Positions 13,143 to 25,370 of a stretch of 64,000 nt of DNA are shown piece by piece. Source of the stretch: Chrysomallon squamiferum. Its lineage: Eukaryota; Animalia; Mollusca. The stretch covers positions 7,440,001-7,504,000 of the forward strand of contig CM022676.1 in the NCBI GenBank assembly GCA_012295275.1, written 5' to 3'. The notes beneath the pieces were generated by a model. That model was not told the DNA's origin. It made no database searches and saw nothing but the letters and a program-made list of their open reading frames with translations. The position numbers were made by a program, and so were the translations under genes. How positions within the stretch are numbered: the first letter of the stretch is position 1; each line of letters opens with the position of its first letter.

Positions 13143-13189
13143 ATGAATCCGGAACAACACTGTAGGAAACACCTTCATTTGTGCCGATT
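13143..13189 (-). CDS. Gene A 47-nt cytoplasmic exon with ITIM VSYSVV (IGTNEGVSYSVVPDS)
   Basis: gtttcag|...|gtaagt; phase 2 to 1, exactly restores frame after the 34-nt exon. Confidence 0.7.
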
Positions 13190-13521
13190 CTGAAACTTTA
13201 TACAGACACAAAACGTATATTTATTCAAATGTAAGTAATATATATATTACATATACATTGATGCAATAATCCGAGGACGTACACAAGAATGCAAACATAC
13301 ATACCTATATATACACCATACACACATATATTACATGAATATATGCATGTTACATATATCGACGTGAACATACACACATACGTACATACACAAATACATA
13401 CACGCACAACATACATAGATATATACGTAGACACACAGAGAATGACATACATACGTACATAAACAAATTAATTATTTTACAGATAGAAAAGACATTAATA
13501 GAGGTTTATTAATTAATTTAC

Positions 13522-13555
13522 CTTTCAGCGTTCGACCTTTTTACCTTTTTGTCTC
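13522..13555 (-). CDS. Gene A 34-nt basic juxtamembrane exon (RDKKVKRSNAER)
   Basis: ttgcag|...|gtaaat; phase 1 to 2; homologue at 46627-46657. Confidence 0.65.
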
Positions 13556-13559
13556 CTGC

Positions 13560-13648
<89 letters not shown>

Positions 13649-14000
13649 TACTTATTACGTTAGCCATATCATTATCAGGTGGCAGAAATGCACAGGTGGT
13701 CTGAAAAACTTAAACAAGTAATTGTGTCAGTTAGACTTGATTTATCTCCTCTTCACTCTATAGGTAAGTGTAATTCAAATACTAAAACAAATAAACAAAT
13801 ATACATACTAATAAAGAAACAAACAAATGAATGAAAGAATGAACGAACGAGCAAATGGATGAATGAATACATAAAGAAAGAACATAAAATAAAATAAATA
13901 AAATAACAATGAAACAAATAAACAAACAAATAAACAAACAAGCAAATAAATAAATATATAAACAACGAATAAATAAATAAATAAATAAATAAATCATTAC

Positions 14001-14117
14001 TTCTTTTGTATCCTAAGTAGATAACAACGACAGTTATAATGATTACAGACAGAGAAAAGAAAATTCCAAAACTGCTGACAAATCCTTTTCCAAACTGACT
14101 GCTGTCTTCAACAGCGC
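14001..14117 (-). CDS. Gene A transmembrane exon (AVEDSSQFGKGFVSSFGIFFSLSVIIITVVVIYLGYKR)
   Basis: ttttcag|...|gtaatg, 117 nt, phase 1-1; hydrophobic stretch followed by KR. Confidence 0.85.
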
Positions 14118-14579
14118 CTGAAAATTGATTAATAAAAATAATATTAAATTAAATATATTATTTATATTTCTATTTGGTATTGTTAACATATTCAGAGAGT
14201 AGGTAATTGTTTATTTGCTATTGTTAAGGTATCTTTCATTTAAAATACTGTTACTCTGTTTATGTTCATCTGTTTCTTTGTCTGATTTTTCTTTCATTCT
14301 TTACATCACTGGATCCATACATCCGTCCATCCATCTGTCCAACAACTCACTGTCTAGATATCTGTAAATACATAAATATACATCCAAAAAAAAAAAAAAA
14401 AGACGTTGTCACCATCGACATCATGATCATCCCCAGCATCATCATCATCGTAGTCAAATTTTTCTTTTCGTCTCACTGATAGTAAAAATCGTGGAGTTGC
14501 TCGCATTGTTAGTTATGGATATTATCACTTTCACTTCTATTCATTTTTTGTTTCTTGTGTTAATATTTTTGCTGATTTA

Positions 14580-14637
<58 letters not shown>

Positions 14638-15174
14638 GTAGTAGTAGCAGTAATAATAGTAGTAATAAAAAATAAATAATGATCTAAATATTGATATGTA
14701 TATAAATGTATGATTTTAAAAATATATGTTCATATACATAGGTTGGTGTTTACGTACGTATCTGTTTTATCATATAATTATGCTGAATCTTCTTTCATGA
14801 AAAAATATGAACTTATTTAAATATTAAAATAAATGAATAATTCTTATCTTCTGTAATTACAATCTATTAAATTAAAGGTTTTTGACCTATTACTTCAAGT
14901 ATTATTTGTTGCATTCAGATGCTTTGTTTAGTTATCATTGACCGTGCGTATTTCCTAAAAAGATAATTATAAACATGGAACCGATAATACATCTGACTTC
15001 CAATCTTGTTTTGTTCTATTCAGATACAAGATTTAGCAGTACAGATTTTCTAGAATGGTAATTATAAACATAAAACCTATGAGTTATAGCACGGTTTAGT
15101 TTTATTAAGTTTATTGCTTAATTATCATTAATACTACGTATTTCCTAGAATGATAATAATCAAACTGATTTTAC

Positions 15175-15486
15175 CTCTCACTTCAAGTTTTATTTCATTG
15201 CTTTGTGATTTAAAATCACCACATCTCCACACTGTTCCATGTTGACTGAGTTTGACAGATTTTATTATGAGTAGATTTCTATCACCTGAGCAGTGAAAAC
15301 TGTATTCTTTTGGATATTCATAAAAAAAATCACACTGACCATGGCTTCCTATTACATGAATCCTGTATTCTGTGTTATTCACGAACCAGGTAATTACAGG
15401 AGAAGAAAAATCCCTCCGACAGGTGAAAGTAAAAAGTGATCCAACAAGTGCATATCTGTCTGATGTTGTGAATCTATAATGTTGAC
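15175..15486 (-). CDS. Gene A V-type Ig domain exon
   Basis: 312 nt, phase 1-1: QHYRFTTSDRYALVGSLFTFTC..ITWFVN..C..C..HGTVWRCGD..SNEIKLEVR; B/F Cys 65 residues apart, C-strand Trp present. Confidence 0.9.
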
Positions 15487-15889
15487 CTTAAATTAGAAGA
15501 ACAAAACTAATGAAAAGTAACTAAAATTAAAATAAAAATTAAAATTAAATTGAATTAATCTTAACAAAATGATGTTTTTTATAATTACATATATGCTAGA
15601 CTCTACATTAATTTGTATTTCATAATTATTAATATTATTGTTTTGGTATGATATTATTCTACGATATATTCTACGACATTACTTTATACCATTAGAATTG
15701 CTTTTCGTTCTTGTTTAAACTATATAACGTTTTCCGTCAAAATAAAAAACTAATGATGTTTAGTATATAGAGAAATTGTACTGAGAACACCTACATCTAA
15801 GCTGATTAGAAAAAGAATATAACATTTAATTTCCACTAATAAATCGTGTTATTAAATCATAATTTTATTTATAAAGTGATCCCATGAGT

Positions 15890-16310
15890 GTAATCATGAA
15901 TTCACTGTAATAACGTGTACTGCATTGTGAACGTAACCATGAACCGATTATACGTATTAATGTGAACTGCATTCTCAACGTAACCATGAACTGACTGTAT
16001 TAATGTGTACTGTGTTGTCAACGTAACCATGAACTGATTGCATTAATGTGTACTGCATTGTCAACGTAACTATGAACTGAGTGTATTAATGTGAACTGCA
16101 TTCTCAACGTAACTATGAACTGAGTGTATTAATGTGAACTGCATTGTCAACGTAAACATGAACCGACTGTATTAATGTGTACTGCGTTGTCAACGTAATC
16201 ATGGACCGACTGTATCAATGTGTACTGCAATATTAACGTAACTTTGAACTGACTGTTTTAATGTGCACTGCGTTGTCAACGTAATCATGAATTCACTGTA
16301 TTAATATGTA
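15890..16310 (-). repeat. 43-bp minisatellite in gene A intron 1
   Basis: reverse complement of the 7612-8378 unit, about 10 diverged copies. Confidence 0.85.
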
Positions 16311-16471
16311 CAATGTCTACTTATATTTACAGTCACACAGATAATAAATCAGTTAAAGAAATTAGGACTATTTATCCATAACCATCGTCCATACACAACG
16401 TCGATTCAATCTAAATTTCACAGTTACATTAACTCAGATAGAGATAAATAATCTGAATATAAAATACATAC

Positions 16472-16529
16472 CTTGTACATCCAATATACATCCCAGGAAC
16501 ACGATAACACAGAATAACTTATAACTCAT
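16472..16529 (-). CDS. Gene A signal-peptide exon (MSYKLFCVIVFLGCILDVQG)
   Basis: ATG, hydrophobic core, 58 nt, |gtatgt donor, phase 1. Confidence 0.85.
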
Positions 16530-16779
16530 TTCAAGTATTTTAGTTTTCACTGCCGCTAATAATAAAAAACTAGATTTATTATTGTTATTTGTTTTTAACT
16601 CGTCATCACTACTTTCTTCTTTTCACTCCTGTTACTGTGAAAATAGTTCCTTCGCAATCTTCTTATTTCAAATTCTTCCTTGTTTTCTTTTCTTTTGTTA
16701 CGTTACCACTTTTACTTCCTGCTTCACAAGAAAAACACCTGTTTTATTCTTTGTATAATAACATCAATAATATATTAGA

Positions 16780-17060
16780 TCCACTCAACTGACTTCAGTA
16801 GTTCGTTGATACCACAAAAGAATAATATTTAGTTGTAAATACAAGCACTATCATAAAATCACCGACTGAGAAATCTTCGGACATGTCCGACTTGACCTAA
16901 AACGTGACGTAAAGGTTATCTGACTAACACGTGACTGCTTTTCAGCGCGACGATATCTAGTTTAAACTGATCTCATTCATCGCTTCACACGCCATTCACC
17001 ACACTCACAAGGCGGACGACGTTACTGAATACTGTCGACGTGCAGACACTAAGCAGACGT
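16780..17060 (-). promoter_or_regulatory. Putative promoter of gene A (CpG-containing block with CACGTG and TGACGT motifs)
   Basis: block conserved at the same position upstream of the leaders of genes A, B and D. Confidence 0.5.
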
Positions 17061-17189
17061 AAATAAGAATTTTTTTTTTTGTTTTTTCTTTATTTTCTTT
17101 TCTTCACTAGTTTCTTATTACCACTGCTGTTGATATAAATATAATTTTCAACACCTTCTTTTTTGTTTTATTTTTGCTAACTTGTCTGG

Positions 17190-18310
17190 TTTACTTCATG
17201 TTTCACAAGTAAAATGAAACATTTTCTGGGTGGTTGAATATATTTTTCAATATACTAGATGCAGTCGACTGCATCGAGCAACCTACATACAGCTCTGAGA
17301 CATGACATACAGCGTTGTATTTTTATAGCTAATTTTTCTCAGTACGGGTCTTTTTCTTTCTTTTATGCGTGTTGTGTTTATGTTCGTATACACGTATGAT
17401 GGTATTTTACCTTATAGGTATGTATATTTCTATGTTTGCAGGTATCTACCTAGGTATGTGGGTAAGTATGTATATATGTATGTATGTATGTGTATTACTG
17501 AGATTAATCATATTTGTATTTCTGTGAAAATTCGTAAATTTTTCGTGAGAAATTTCAACAGTTACAGTCACAATTCACAAAATGGTAATGAACTGTTTAA
17601 ATTCGAGATTAGCAGCTCATTAAAATGTTTATAACTTTTCTCACAGGTAACCATTTACACAGTTCAAATCTCGTGTGACTGTATATTTGTATTTTAACTC
17701 AATATTTGTATTTTATTAAAATCATTTAACCATTTGACCTCGGTTATTTATTTCCTATTTCACAAGAAAATGAAAATCTGTTTTTTATTATTTGTAAAAT
17801 ATTCTCTGGGTGGTTGAACGTATTTTTCTAAATGCATCTGTGAGACATGAGATACAGCTTTGTATTTCTCATAATTAAATTTGTCCAGTACGTTTTTTTT
17901 TTCGTTTATTTGTTTTTCCTATTTTTTGTTTTCATACGTGTTTCTTTTCTTTCTTTTATATAATAGGTCGGTCGATACGTATGAAAGTATTTAACCTTAC
18001 AGCTATGTGTATTTCTATGTTTGCATGTGCGTAGATATGTATGTAGGTAATTAGTTAAGTCTGTATATATGTGAGTATGTATGTATGTATGTATGTTATG
18101 CTGCATCTATTTATCACTGAGAATAGTTATTTTTGTGTTTTTCTGTAAATACGCAGATTTTTCGTGACTAAGTTTAACAGTTACAGTCACAATTCACACA
18201 AAGGCAATGAATGGTAGAAATTCGCATTTAATAACTGATTGAAATGTTCGTAACAAGCTCACAATGTTCACAGCTAGCTATTTACACAGTTCAAATCTGG
18301 TGTCATTGTA
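17190..18310. repeat. Diverged ~590-bp tandem duplication between genes B and A
   Basis: ctgggtggttgaa...tgagacatga...acagttacagtcacaattcaca...tttacacagttcaaatct occurs twice. Confidence 0.6.
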
Positions 18311-18436
18311 GAAAATAAAAGTTTGTAGTCTTTACACTTTAACAAAAATCATCTAACAATTTAGCCTTATTTAACGTTTTATGAAAGTGCCTTCGGAAGA
18401 TTAACTAATAATCTTGTTTTCTTCTTTATCATTCAC

Positions 18437-18561
18437 TCATATCATTTCATTTACAATCAAACTTTGTATGACGTCATATGGGACTTCATATCCTCTATCT
18501 TCTAGAAAAGAATATGAATTACTTGTATCTTCATTTACAGCCGCTGGCGCAGTCTGATTAT
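18437..18561 (-). CDS. Gene B terminal ITAM exon 4 (NQTAPAAVNEDTSNSYSFLEDRGYEVPYDVIQSLIVNEMI*)
   Basis: catgtttcag| acceptor, phase 1, YSFL-x8-YDVI, TGA. Confidence 0.75.
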
Positions 18562-18653
18562 CTGAAACATGGAACGAAATATATACAGACATACACACAC
18601 GTGAAAAGTGTTTTTATAGATACATCGATGGGTGAGTATGCATATGTCTGTGC

Positions 18654-18699
<46 letters not shown>

Positions 18700-19147
18700 G
18701 TATATAGACACACATACATGCACACACATATGTATAGTAGTCAATAGTGCTACAAATTGTATATGTGTACATACATTTATAAAACTTCTATACACAAAAT
18801 ACTGTAGACTATTTATAGAGGCTGTATTTGAAATATTTAGACTATATTTCTATTCTTAGGCTATGCTATTATATCCCAAAATGCGAAAATACAGAAGCAT
18901 TTTGGATAAAGGATTATCAGCCTACATATATACACATATATAGGGTATTATGCACAACCATTACGTCACGATCAATATCCGGGTAGGCTATATTATAATG
19001 ACTGGGAGCCGTCCTATCTGGAAAATCGTGCATGTTCAGTTTTAGTTTGTTGTACATCATAGCAGTAAGACAATCTTTTTCTTTATTTTCCATGAAAGTG
19101 TATAACTCGTTATCTTCTTTATCATTAATTAATATCAGTTCACTTAC

Positions 19148-19234
19148 TATCAGGTATTAAGACGTCATATGGGACCTCATATCCTCTTTCCTCTAGAGAA
19201 GAATATGGATTTCCTGCTGGCACAGTGTGATTGT
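19148..19234 (-). CDS. Gene B ITAM exon 3 (NHTVPAGNPYSSLEERGYEVPYDVLIPD)
   Basis: gtttcag|...|gtaagt, 87 nt, an in-frame deletion relative to the 105-nt unit. Confidence 0.75.
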
Positions 19235-19811
19235 CTGAAACGTAATACAATTATGCTTTGGCTTATCTAAAAATTGCTATGTGTAGAGATAACAATAATC
19301 GCATTAATATTTGTGTGTGTATTTGTCTAAGTGTGTAAATATATACAAACTGTATATGAAATATAAATGGAATCGGTTTCTACTATTCTAAGGCTGTCAC
19401 ATTAAATCCCCAAACCCGAAAATTCAGAAGTATCTCGGATAACGGATTATCAAACTGCAGATATAGCGTAATGATTCATGGGGAGGTTAGGCACAGCCAT
19501 TATGTCACAATCCAACGACACCGAGAAAGACAAATATACATATAGATAGATAGATAGATATATGGATAGATAGATAGATAGATAGATAGATAGGAATGAT
19601 AGAGATATTTATATATATGTAGTGTAGGATACATTATGATAATTGGGAGCCTTCCTCTCTGGAAAATCGTGGATGTCGAGTTTTAGTTTGTTGTACATCA
19701 TAACGGTGAGACAACCTTGTTTATTTTTTCATGAAAGTGTCTAAATAAGTGTATGCTTAACAAACAATACTCGTTTTCTTCTTTATCATTTATTAATATC
19801 AGTTCACTCAC

Positions 19812-19904
19812 TGTTAAACATTAAGACGTCATATGGGACGTCATTTCGTCTTTCATCTAGAGAAGAATATGAATTTCCTGTATCTTGATGTACATTCTCA
19901 TTAT
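19812..19904 (-). CDS. Gene B ITAM exon 2 (NENVHQDTGNSYSSLDERRNDVPYDVLMFN)
   Basis: tttcag|...|gtgagt, 93 nt, phase 1-1; within ORF 19804..20046. Confidence 0.8.
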
Positions 19905-20188
19905 CTGAAACATGAAATGAATATATGTTTTGTTTCGTACGAAAGTTGTCATGTTCGGAGAAAACAATAATCGCTGTAATGTCTATATATATAAATACAC
20001 ACACACACACACACACGCACACACACACACACACACGCACACACATATGTCAGCTAAAAAGTCATTGCTTAAGTCTATATATTTATATATGCATTATCTT
20101 TCTCTGTGTACATACATATCTATGTATCTGTCTATCTATCTATATACTTACACGTACGAATGAGTTTTTCCTGCTATATCCATGTTTG

Positions 20189-20265
<77 letters not shown>

Positions 20266-20960
20266 ACATACACACACATATATATATACATGTATGTATG
20301 TATGCATGTACGTATCTATGCATATATGTTTGTATTTATGTATTTATTTTTATATCTAGCGATTTGAGTTGACTTAATATATTTTGGTTTATGTAAAAAT
20401 TACTTTTCATAGTAATCTGTAAGTTAAAATCTTGTTCCTTCATAATTTTACGAATGTTAAAGTTGAGGCGATTGCAAATTAATGGGAAAATTATTTTTTA
20501 TCTCTCTTAAAACAATTTCGAGTCAACATTTACTCCATGTGATGTTTTGTGTTCGTACTGTGCGAATCTAAAACGCTTCTTGCTGTAATCTAAAACTGTC
20601 ATTTTCAGTTTTGGACCCATAATAGTAGTTTGCTTTTTGGGGATTATTACAAAATGTCTGGCCACAGTAATATCAGCTTCATCCCTAACATCGTATTTGT
20701 GACAAACAGTTCTAACTCTAAAGTATTTTTCGTGTTTCGCAGACATGTTGTTATTTTTGTTTATTTATTATTTTAAATAGTTATTAGCATACGTTGCATG
20801 TTTAGAAAGCATACAACATTTTTAGAATGACAGTCTACTGAATTTAACCTGAGATTTTATTAACCGTGTTTAATTACACATGAAAGTGCCTTGCGAAGTG
20901 TATGATTAAAAAACCATACTCGTTTTCTTCATTATCATTTATTAATTTCAGTTCACTTAC

Positions 20961-21065
20961 CATCAGGCATTAAGACGTCATATGGATCGTCATTTCCTCT
21001 TTCCTCAAGAGAAGAATATGTATTCTCTGAATCCTGATCTACAGCCGATGTCCCTGTTTGCTTAT
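20961..21065 (-). CDS. Gene B ITAM exon 1 (KQTGTSAVDQDSENTYSSLEERGNDDPYDVLMPD)
   Basis: tttcag|...|gtaagt, 105 nt, phase 1-1. Confidence 0.8.
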
Positions 21066-21652
21066 CTGAAACATGGTGATGGTAACAGAACATAATATAA
21101 TATATAACGTTCAGTTTTATAACTCTCTCTTCAGATCATGCTACCTAATAACTGACATCATTATTTGGGAGTAGTACCGGTCATGTAGTATTTTTAGTAT
21201 GATGCTTCTCCAAATTTAAATCTACCATCAAACGTTCTTGTGCTTAGACATCATTTCTTGCCTCAGCCATTAGATGAACAGGTGACTGAACTACATAGGT
21301 TTTAGCGAAAACAGGTTTCATGTCTCTGCTTCAGCTAACTGTGTAAATTAGACTGATTTATCTCCCCTTTACTCTATAGGTAAGTGTAATTCAATTACGT
21401 AACAAAACAAATAAATGAACACCGAAACAGATAAAGAAATATACATACTAATACAGAAACAAACTAATGAATGAAAGAATGAACGAACGAACAAATGCAT
21501 CAACGAATAAATAAAGAATATAAAATAAAATAAATAAAATTGAAATTAAATAAACAAATAAACTAACAAATAAATTAATAAATAGATAAACAAACAAATA
21601 AACAACTAACCAGCTAAATAAATAAATAAATAAGTAACACATAAATCATTAC

Positions 21653-21769
21653 TTCTTTTGTATCCTAAGTAGATAACAACAACAGTTATAATGATTACAG
21701 ACAGAGAAAAGAAAATTCCAAAACTGCTGACAAATCCTTTTCCAAACTGACTGCTGTCTTCTACAGCAC
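21653..21769 (-). CDS. Gene B transmembrane exon (AVEDSSQFGKGFVSSFGIFFSLSVIIITVVVIYLGYKR)
   Basis: atttcag|...|gtaatg, 117 nt, phase 1-1. Confidence 0.85.
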
Positions 21770-21919
21770 CTGAAATTCATTAATAAAATTAAATTGTGAG
21801 ATTAAGTTCATATATTATTTGATATCTTCAGTAGACAGGCAATTTCTATTTCCTTCTGTTAATATATCTTCATAAAGTACGTAATTATTTATTTGTTATT
21901 GTTAAGGTATCTTTCATTT

Positions 21920-21965
<46 letters not shown>

Positions 21966-22446
21966 CTGTATGTCGTTATTTATTTCGCACTTTCTACGTC
22001 ATTGTTTGTACTTCAATCTTCTATAATTCTGCATTTATCCGTTCATAAATATATAATTATGTGTGCAAGAACATATGTATGTGTGTGTGTGTGTATGTAC
22101 ATACGTATACACATACATAGATACACATACACACATAGATATATAGATATAGCCATATATATATATATATATACATACATACATACATACACATATGCAT
22201 AGATATACATACACATCCATGCAGAAGAAAACAATAACATACATTCCTAAACAGATACATTTACATATACATATATAAACGGACACAGATATGTACATCT
22301 GTGTGTCTATTTATATCTATGCATGTCTATCAGTCTATTTCTATTTGTCTATATATCAATCTGTCTTCCTATTCAGATATTTTTATATAAAAGGTTTATA
22401 ATCTCTATTCAAAATAAAATGAACAATAAAATGAATTAAAACTTAC

Positions 22447-22707
22447 TCTCAACATTAATAATAATTTTGGTATGTGCTGATTCGTTCGTATCCGGATTAA
22501 CAGCAGTGCATGTGTAGACTCCATCTTGAAATCTCGTGATATTCCTTAGTGACAGTAGTCCGTTGTTACTGACAATCTGACTGGTCAGTTCCCATCTGTA
22601 AAGGCACTTGATAAAGCAGTCGGCTTCGCATGAGAGGGTGACGTGACTTCTTTCCTCTACTGTGATGTCAGATGAAGAATTGATTCGAAGTGAGCTACCA
22701 GGACCGT
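22447..22707 (-). CDS. Gene B membrane-proximal C2/I-type Ig exon (DGPGSSLRI..VTLSCEADCFIKCLYRW..QDGVYTC..)
   Basis: 261 nt, phase 1-1; GxYxC F-strand motif; within ORF 22436..22831. Confidence 0.9.
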
Positions 22708-22981
22708 CTATGAATAAAAATAAAAATAAAAATAAAAATAAAAATAAAAATAAAAATAAAAATAAAAATAAAAATAAAAATAAAAATAAAAATAAAAATA
22801 AAAAAATAAATAAATAAATAATAAAAGCCAAAGAGTTTTTTTTTTGTCAACATTATCCTATTCATACAATCATCATCATAATTGTTATTTTTATAGCTAT
22901 TGAAACCGTTGTTGTTGTCGTCGTTATTATTAATATTATTACATTATTGTTGTTGTTGTTGTTATTATTAAATTAAGATAC

Positions 22982-23293
22982 CTCTAACTTTCAAAACGAC
23001 TCTGTTACTCGAATATCGTTGATCGGTATCTTCACATCGCCAAATATCTCCTTGTTGCTTTCTGTTGACAGATGTTATAGTAACTAGAAACTTGTTACGT
23101 AAACATTTGTAAGTGTAATTTTCACTAAAACGTGACATAACATCACAGTGTCCGGGACCAGAATTTAACACGTCACAGGTGACGTCATTCACAAGCCACG
23201 TGATGCGATGTGAATTTTCTGAAATCTCACATGTGAACGTAAAAGAACGTCCTGTCATAGCGTATTGCGCGGACCCTCGAAGTTCTGGCGATC
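22982..23293 (-). CDS. Gene B internal V-type Ig exon (SPELRGSAQYAMTGRSFTFTC..ITW..QQGDIWRC..VVLKVR)
   Basis: ttttcag|...|gtatct, 312 nt, phase 1-1; ORF 22968..23258. Confidence 0.85.
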
Positions 23294-23510
23294 CTGAAAA
23301 TAAACTTTAAACAGTAAACAAAAAAGCGCGCGCACCTACTCACACACACAGCCACGCACACTTAAATACACACTTAATGCAATATATAATGGATGTTCGC
23401 AAGTAAAACGATTATCACTGGTTGTCTGATATATTAAACATACACCTCTAACAAGTACTAAGTTGTCTGTTTATTTTGAAATTTTTAATTTTACTGTAGC
23501 TTTTACTTAC

Positions 23511-23771
23511 GATGTACAGTCAAATTAAGTGTTTTATTGGCTGTTTTATTCGTATCTCGATTCTTGGCCGTACACATATAGAGACCTGATTGTGATTTAT
23601 TAATACTGGCCAATGAGAGAATGCCCGTGTTACTTATGACGTCATCTACGCGCTTCCACTGATAATTGCACGTGATAAAACACGTAGCTGAACAAGACAC
23701 TGTGACGTCACTTCCTTCCATAGCAGTGAGAACAAAAGAAGTATTCAGCTTGAGTGATGTTCCAGGACCAT
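23511..23771 (-). CDS. Gene B C2/I-type Ig exon (DGPGTSLKL..VTVSCSATCFITCNYQW..QSGLYMC..LNLTVH)
   Basis: ttttag|...|gtaagt, 261 nt, phase 1-1; ORF 23503..23835. Confidence 0.9.
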
Positions 23772-23976
23772 CTAAAAAGAAAGACGTTGTCAACATCAAC
23801 ATCATCATCGCCAGCATTATTATCATCGTCGTCATATTTTTGTTTTGTTCTTACTGATAGAGAATTGGTGGGATTGTTCGCATTGTTGATTATGGATTAT
23901 GTTGAAATGATGGTGGTGATGTAGTGTTTGAGTTGTTGATGTTAATATTAGAATTTCTATTACTATGACTACTATT

Positions 23977-24009
<33 letters not shown>

Positions 24010-24329
24010 GTAAATACAAATAAAAATTTTCTAAATGTTGGTATGTACATACAGGTATAATTCTGAAGATATATCTTGATATACATTAGAGCATACGAAC
24101 GTGTCTGTTTAATCACAGAGTTAGGCTGGACATTCTTTCACGTAAAAATATCAACTTACTTAGATATTAAAATATATTAATAATTCTTATCTTGTGTAAT
24201 TATAATCTATAAAAAATAAAGATTTTTTGACCTCTAATTTCAAATATTATTTTGTTTTATTGAGATGTATTGCTTAGTTATCATTAGCAGAATATATAAC
24301 CAACAATGCTAATAATAAAACTGATTTTT

Positions 24330-24469
24330 ACCTCCATCTAGATTTCACAGTTTGTAAATGAAACGAGATTAACTCAGCTACAGATAAATAATTTGAATAT
24401 AAAATACATACCTTGTACATACAATACACATCTCAGTAAAACGAACACACAGAATAACTTACAACTAAT
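24330..24469 (-). pseudogene. Dead fifth leader-V cassette: leader with ATG changed to ATT, V exon deleted
   Basis: leader homology at 24412-24469; only the V-exon donor gag|gtaaaaatcag remains at ~24330. Confidence 0.7.
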
Positions 24470-25058
24470 TTCCAGTATTTTAGTTTTCACTTCCGTTAAT
24501 AAAAATAAAGTTTTATTATTATTATTATTATTTTATCTTTTCTTCACTACTTTCTGGATTATGTTGAAGTGATGGTGGTGATGTAGTGTTTGAGTTATTG
24601 ATGTTGATATTACAATTTCTGTTGCTGTAATACTATTTATTTATATATAAATAAATAAATAAATAAGTAAATAAACATTTCTAAATGTTGGTATGTACAC
24701 ACAGGTATAATTCTAAAGATATATCTTGATATATGTTAGTGCATACAAACGTATCTGTTTAATCATAGAGTTAGGCTGGACATTCTTTCACGTAAAAATA
24801 TAGACTTACTTAGATATTAAAATATATTAATAATTCTTATCTTGTGTAATTATAATCTATTTCAAATATTATTTTGTTTTATTGAGATGTATTGCTTAGT
24901 TATCATTAACAGTACATATTTCCTAGAAAGATAATTATAAACATGAAATTGATAATACATGTGACTTCTAGTATTGTTTTCTTTTATTGAGATGCTTTGT
25001 TTAGTTATCATTAGCAGAATATATTACCAACAATGGTAATAATAAAACTGATTTTTAC

Positions 25059-25370
25059 CTCTCACTTCGAGTTTTATTTCATTGCTGCGTGGTCTGTAAT
25101 CACCACATCTCCACACTGTTCCTTGTTGAATGAGGCTGACAGATTTTATTGTGAGGATGTTTGTATCATCTGAACAGTTAAAACTGTATACTTTTGGATG
25201 TTCATCCAAAATATCACACTCAGTATAGTTTTCTATTACACGAATCCTGTATTCTGTGTTATTCACGAACCAGGTAATGTTAGGAGAAGGAAAATCACTC
25301 TGACAGGTGAAAGTAAAAAGTGATCCAACAAGTGCATATCTGTCTGATGTTGTTAATCTATACTGTTGGC
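25059..25370 (-). CDS. Gene B V exon, cassette 4 (..DEHPKVYSFNC..WRCGDYRPRSNEIKLEVR)
   Basis: 312 nt, phase 1-1, intact splice sites; ORF 25024..25266. Confidence 0.9.

Noticed and set aside
13655-13760. Conserved segment after the TM exon (also ~21265-21375, ~46330-46440) with AG/GT-like ends
   Set aside because: Phase-1 entry hits stops at once and the candidate splice sites are not conserved among A, B and D; treated as intron.
20507-20746. 79-aa non-repetitive ORF inside a gene B intron
   Set aside because: No recognisable domain, splice context or paralogue; possibly a transposon relic. BLASTX would decide.
22447-23771. Assigning a CEACAM, hemicentin, Dscam or Alr gene symbol
   Set aside because: Only architectural similarity; orthology cannot be supported from the sequence alone.
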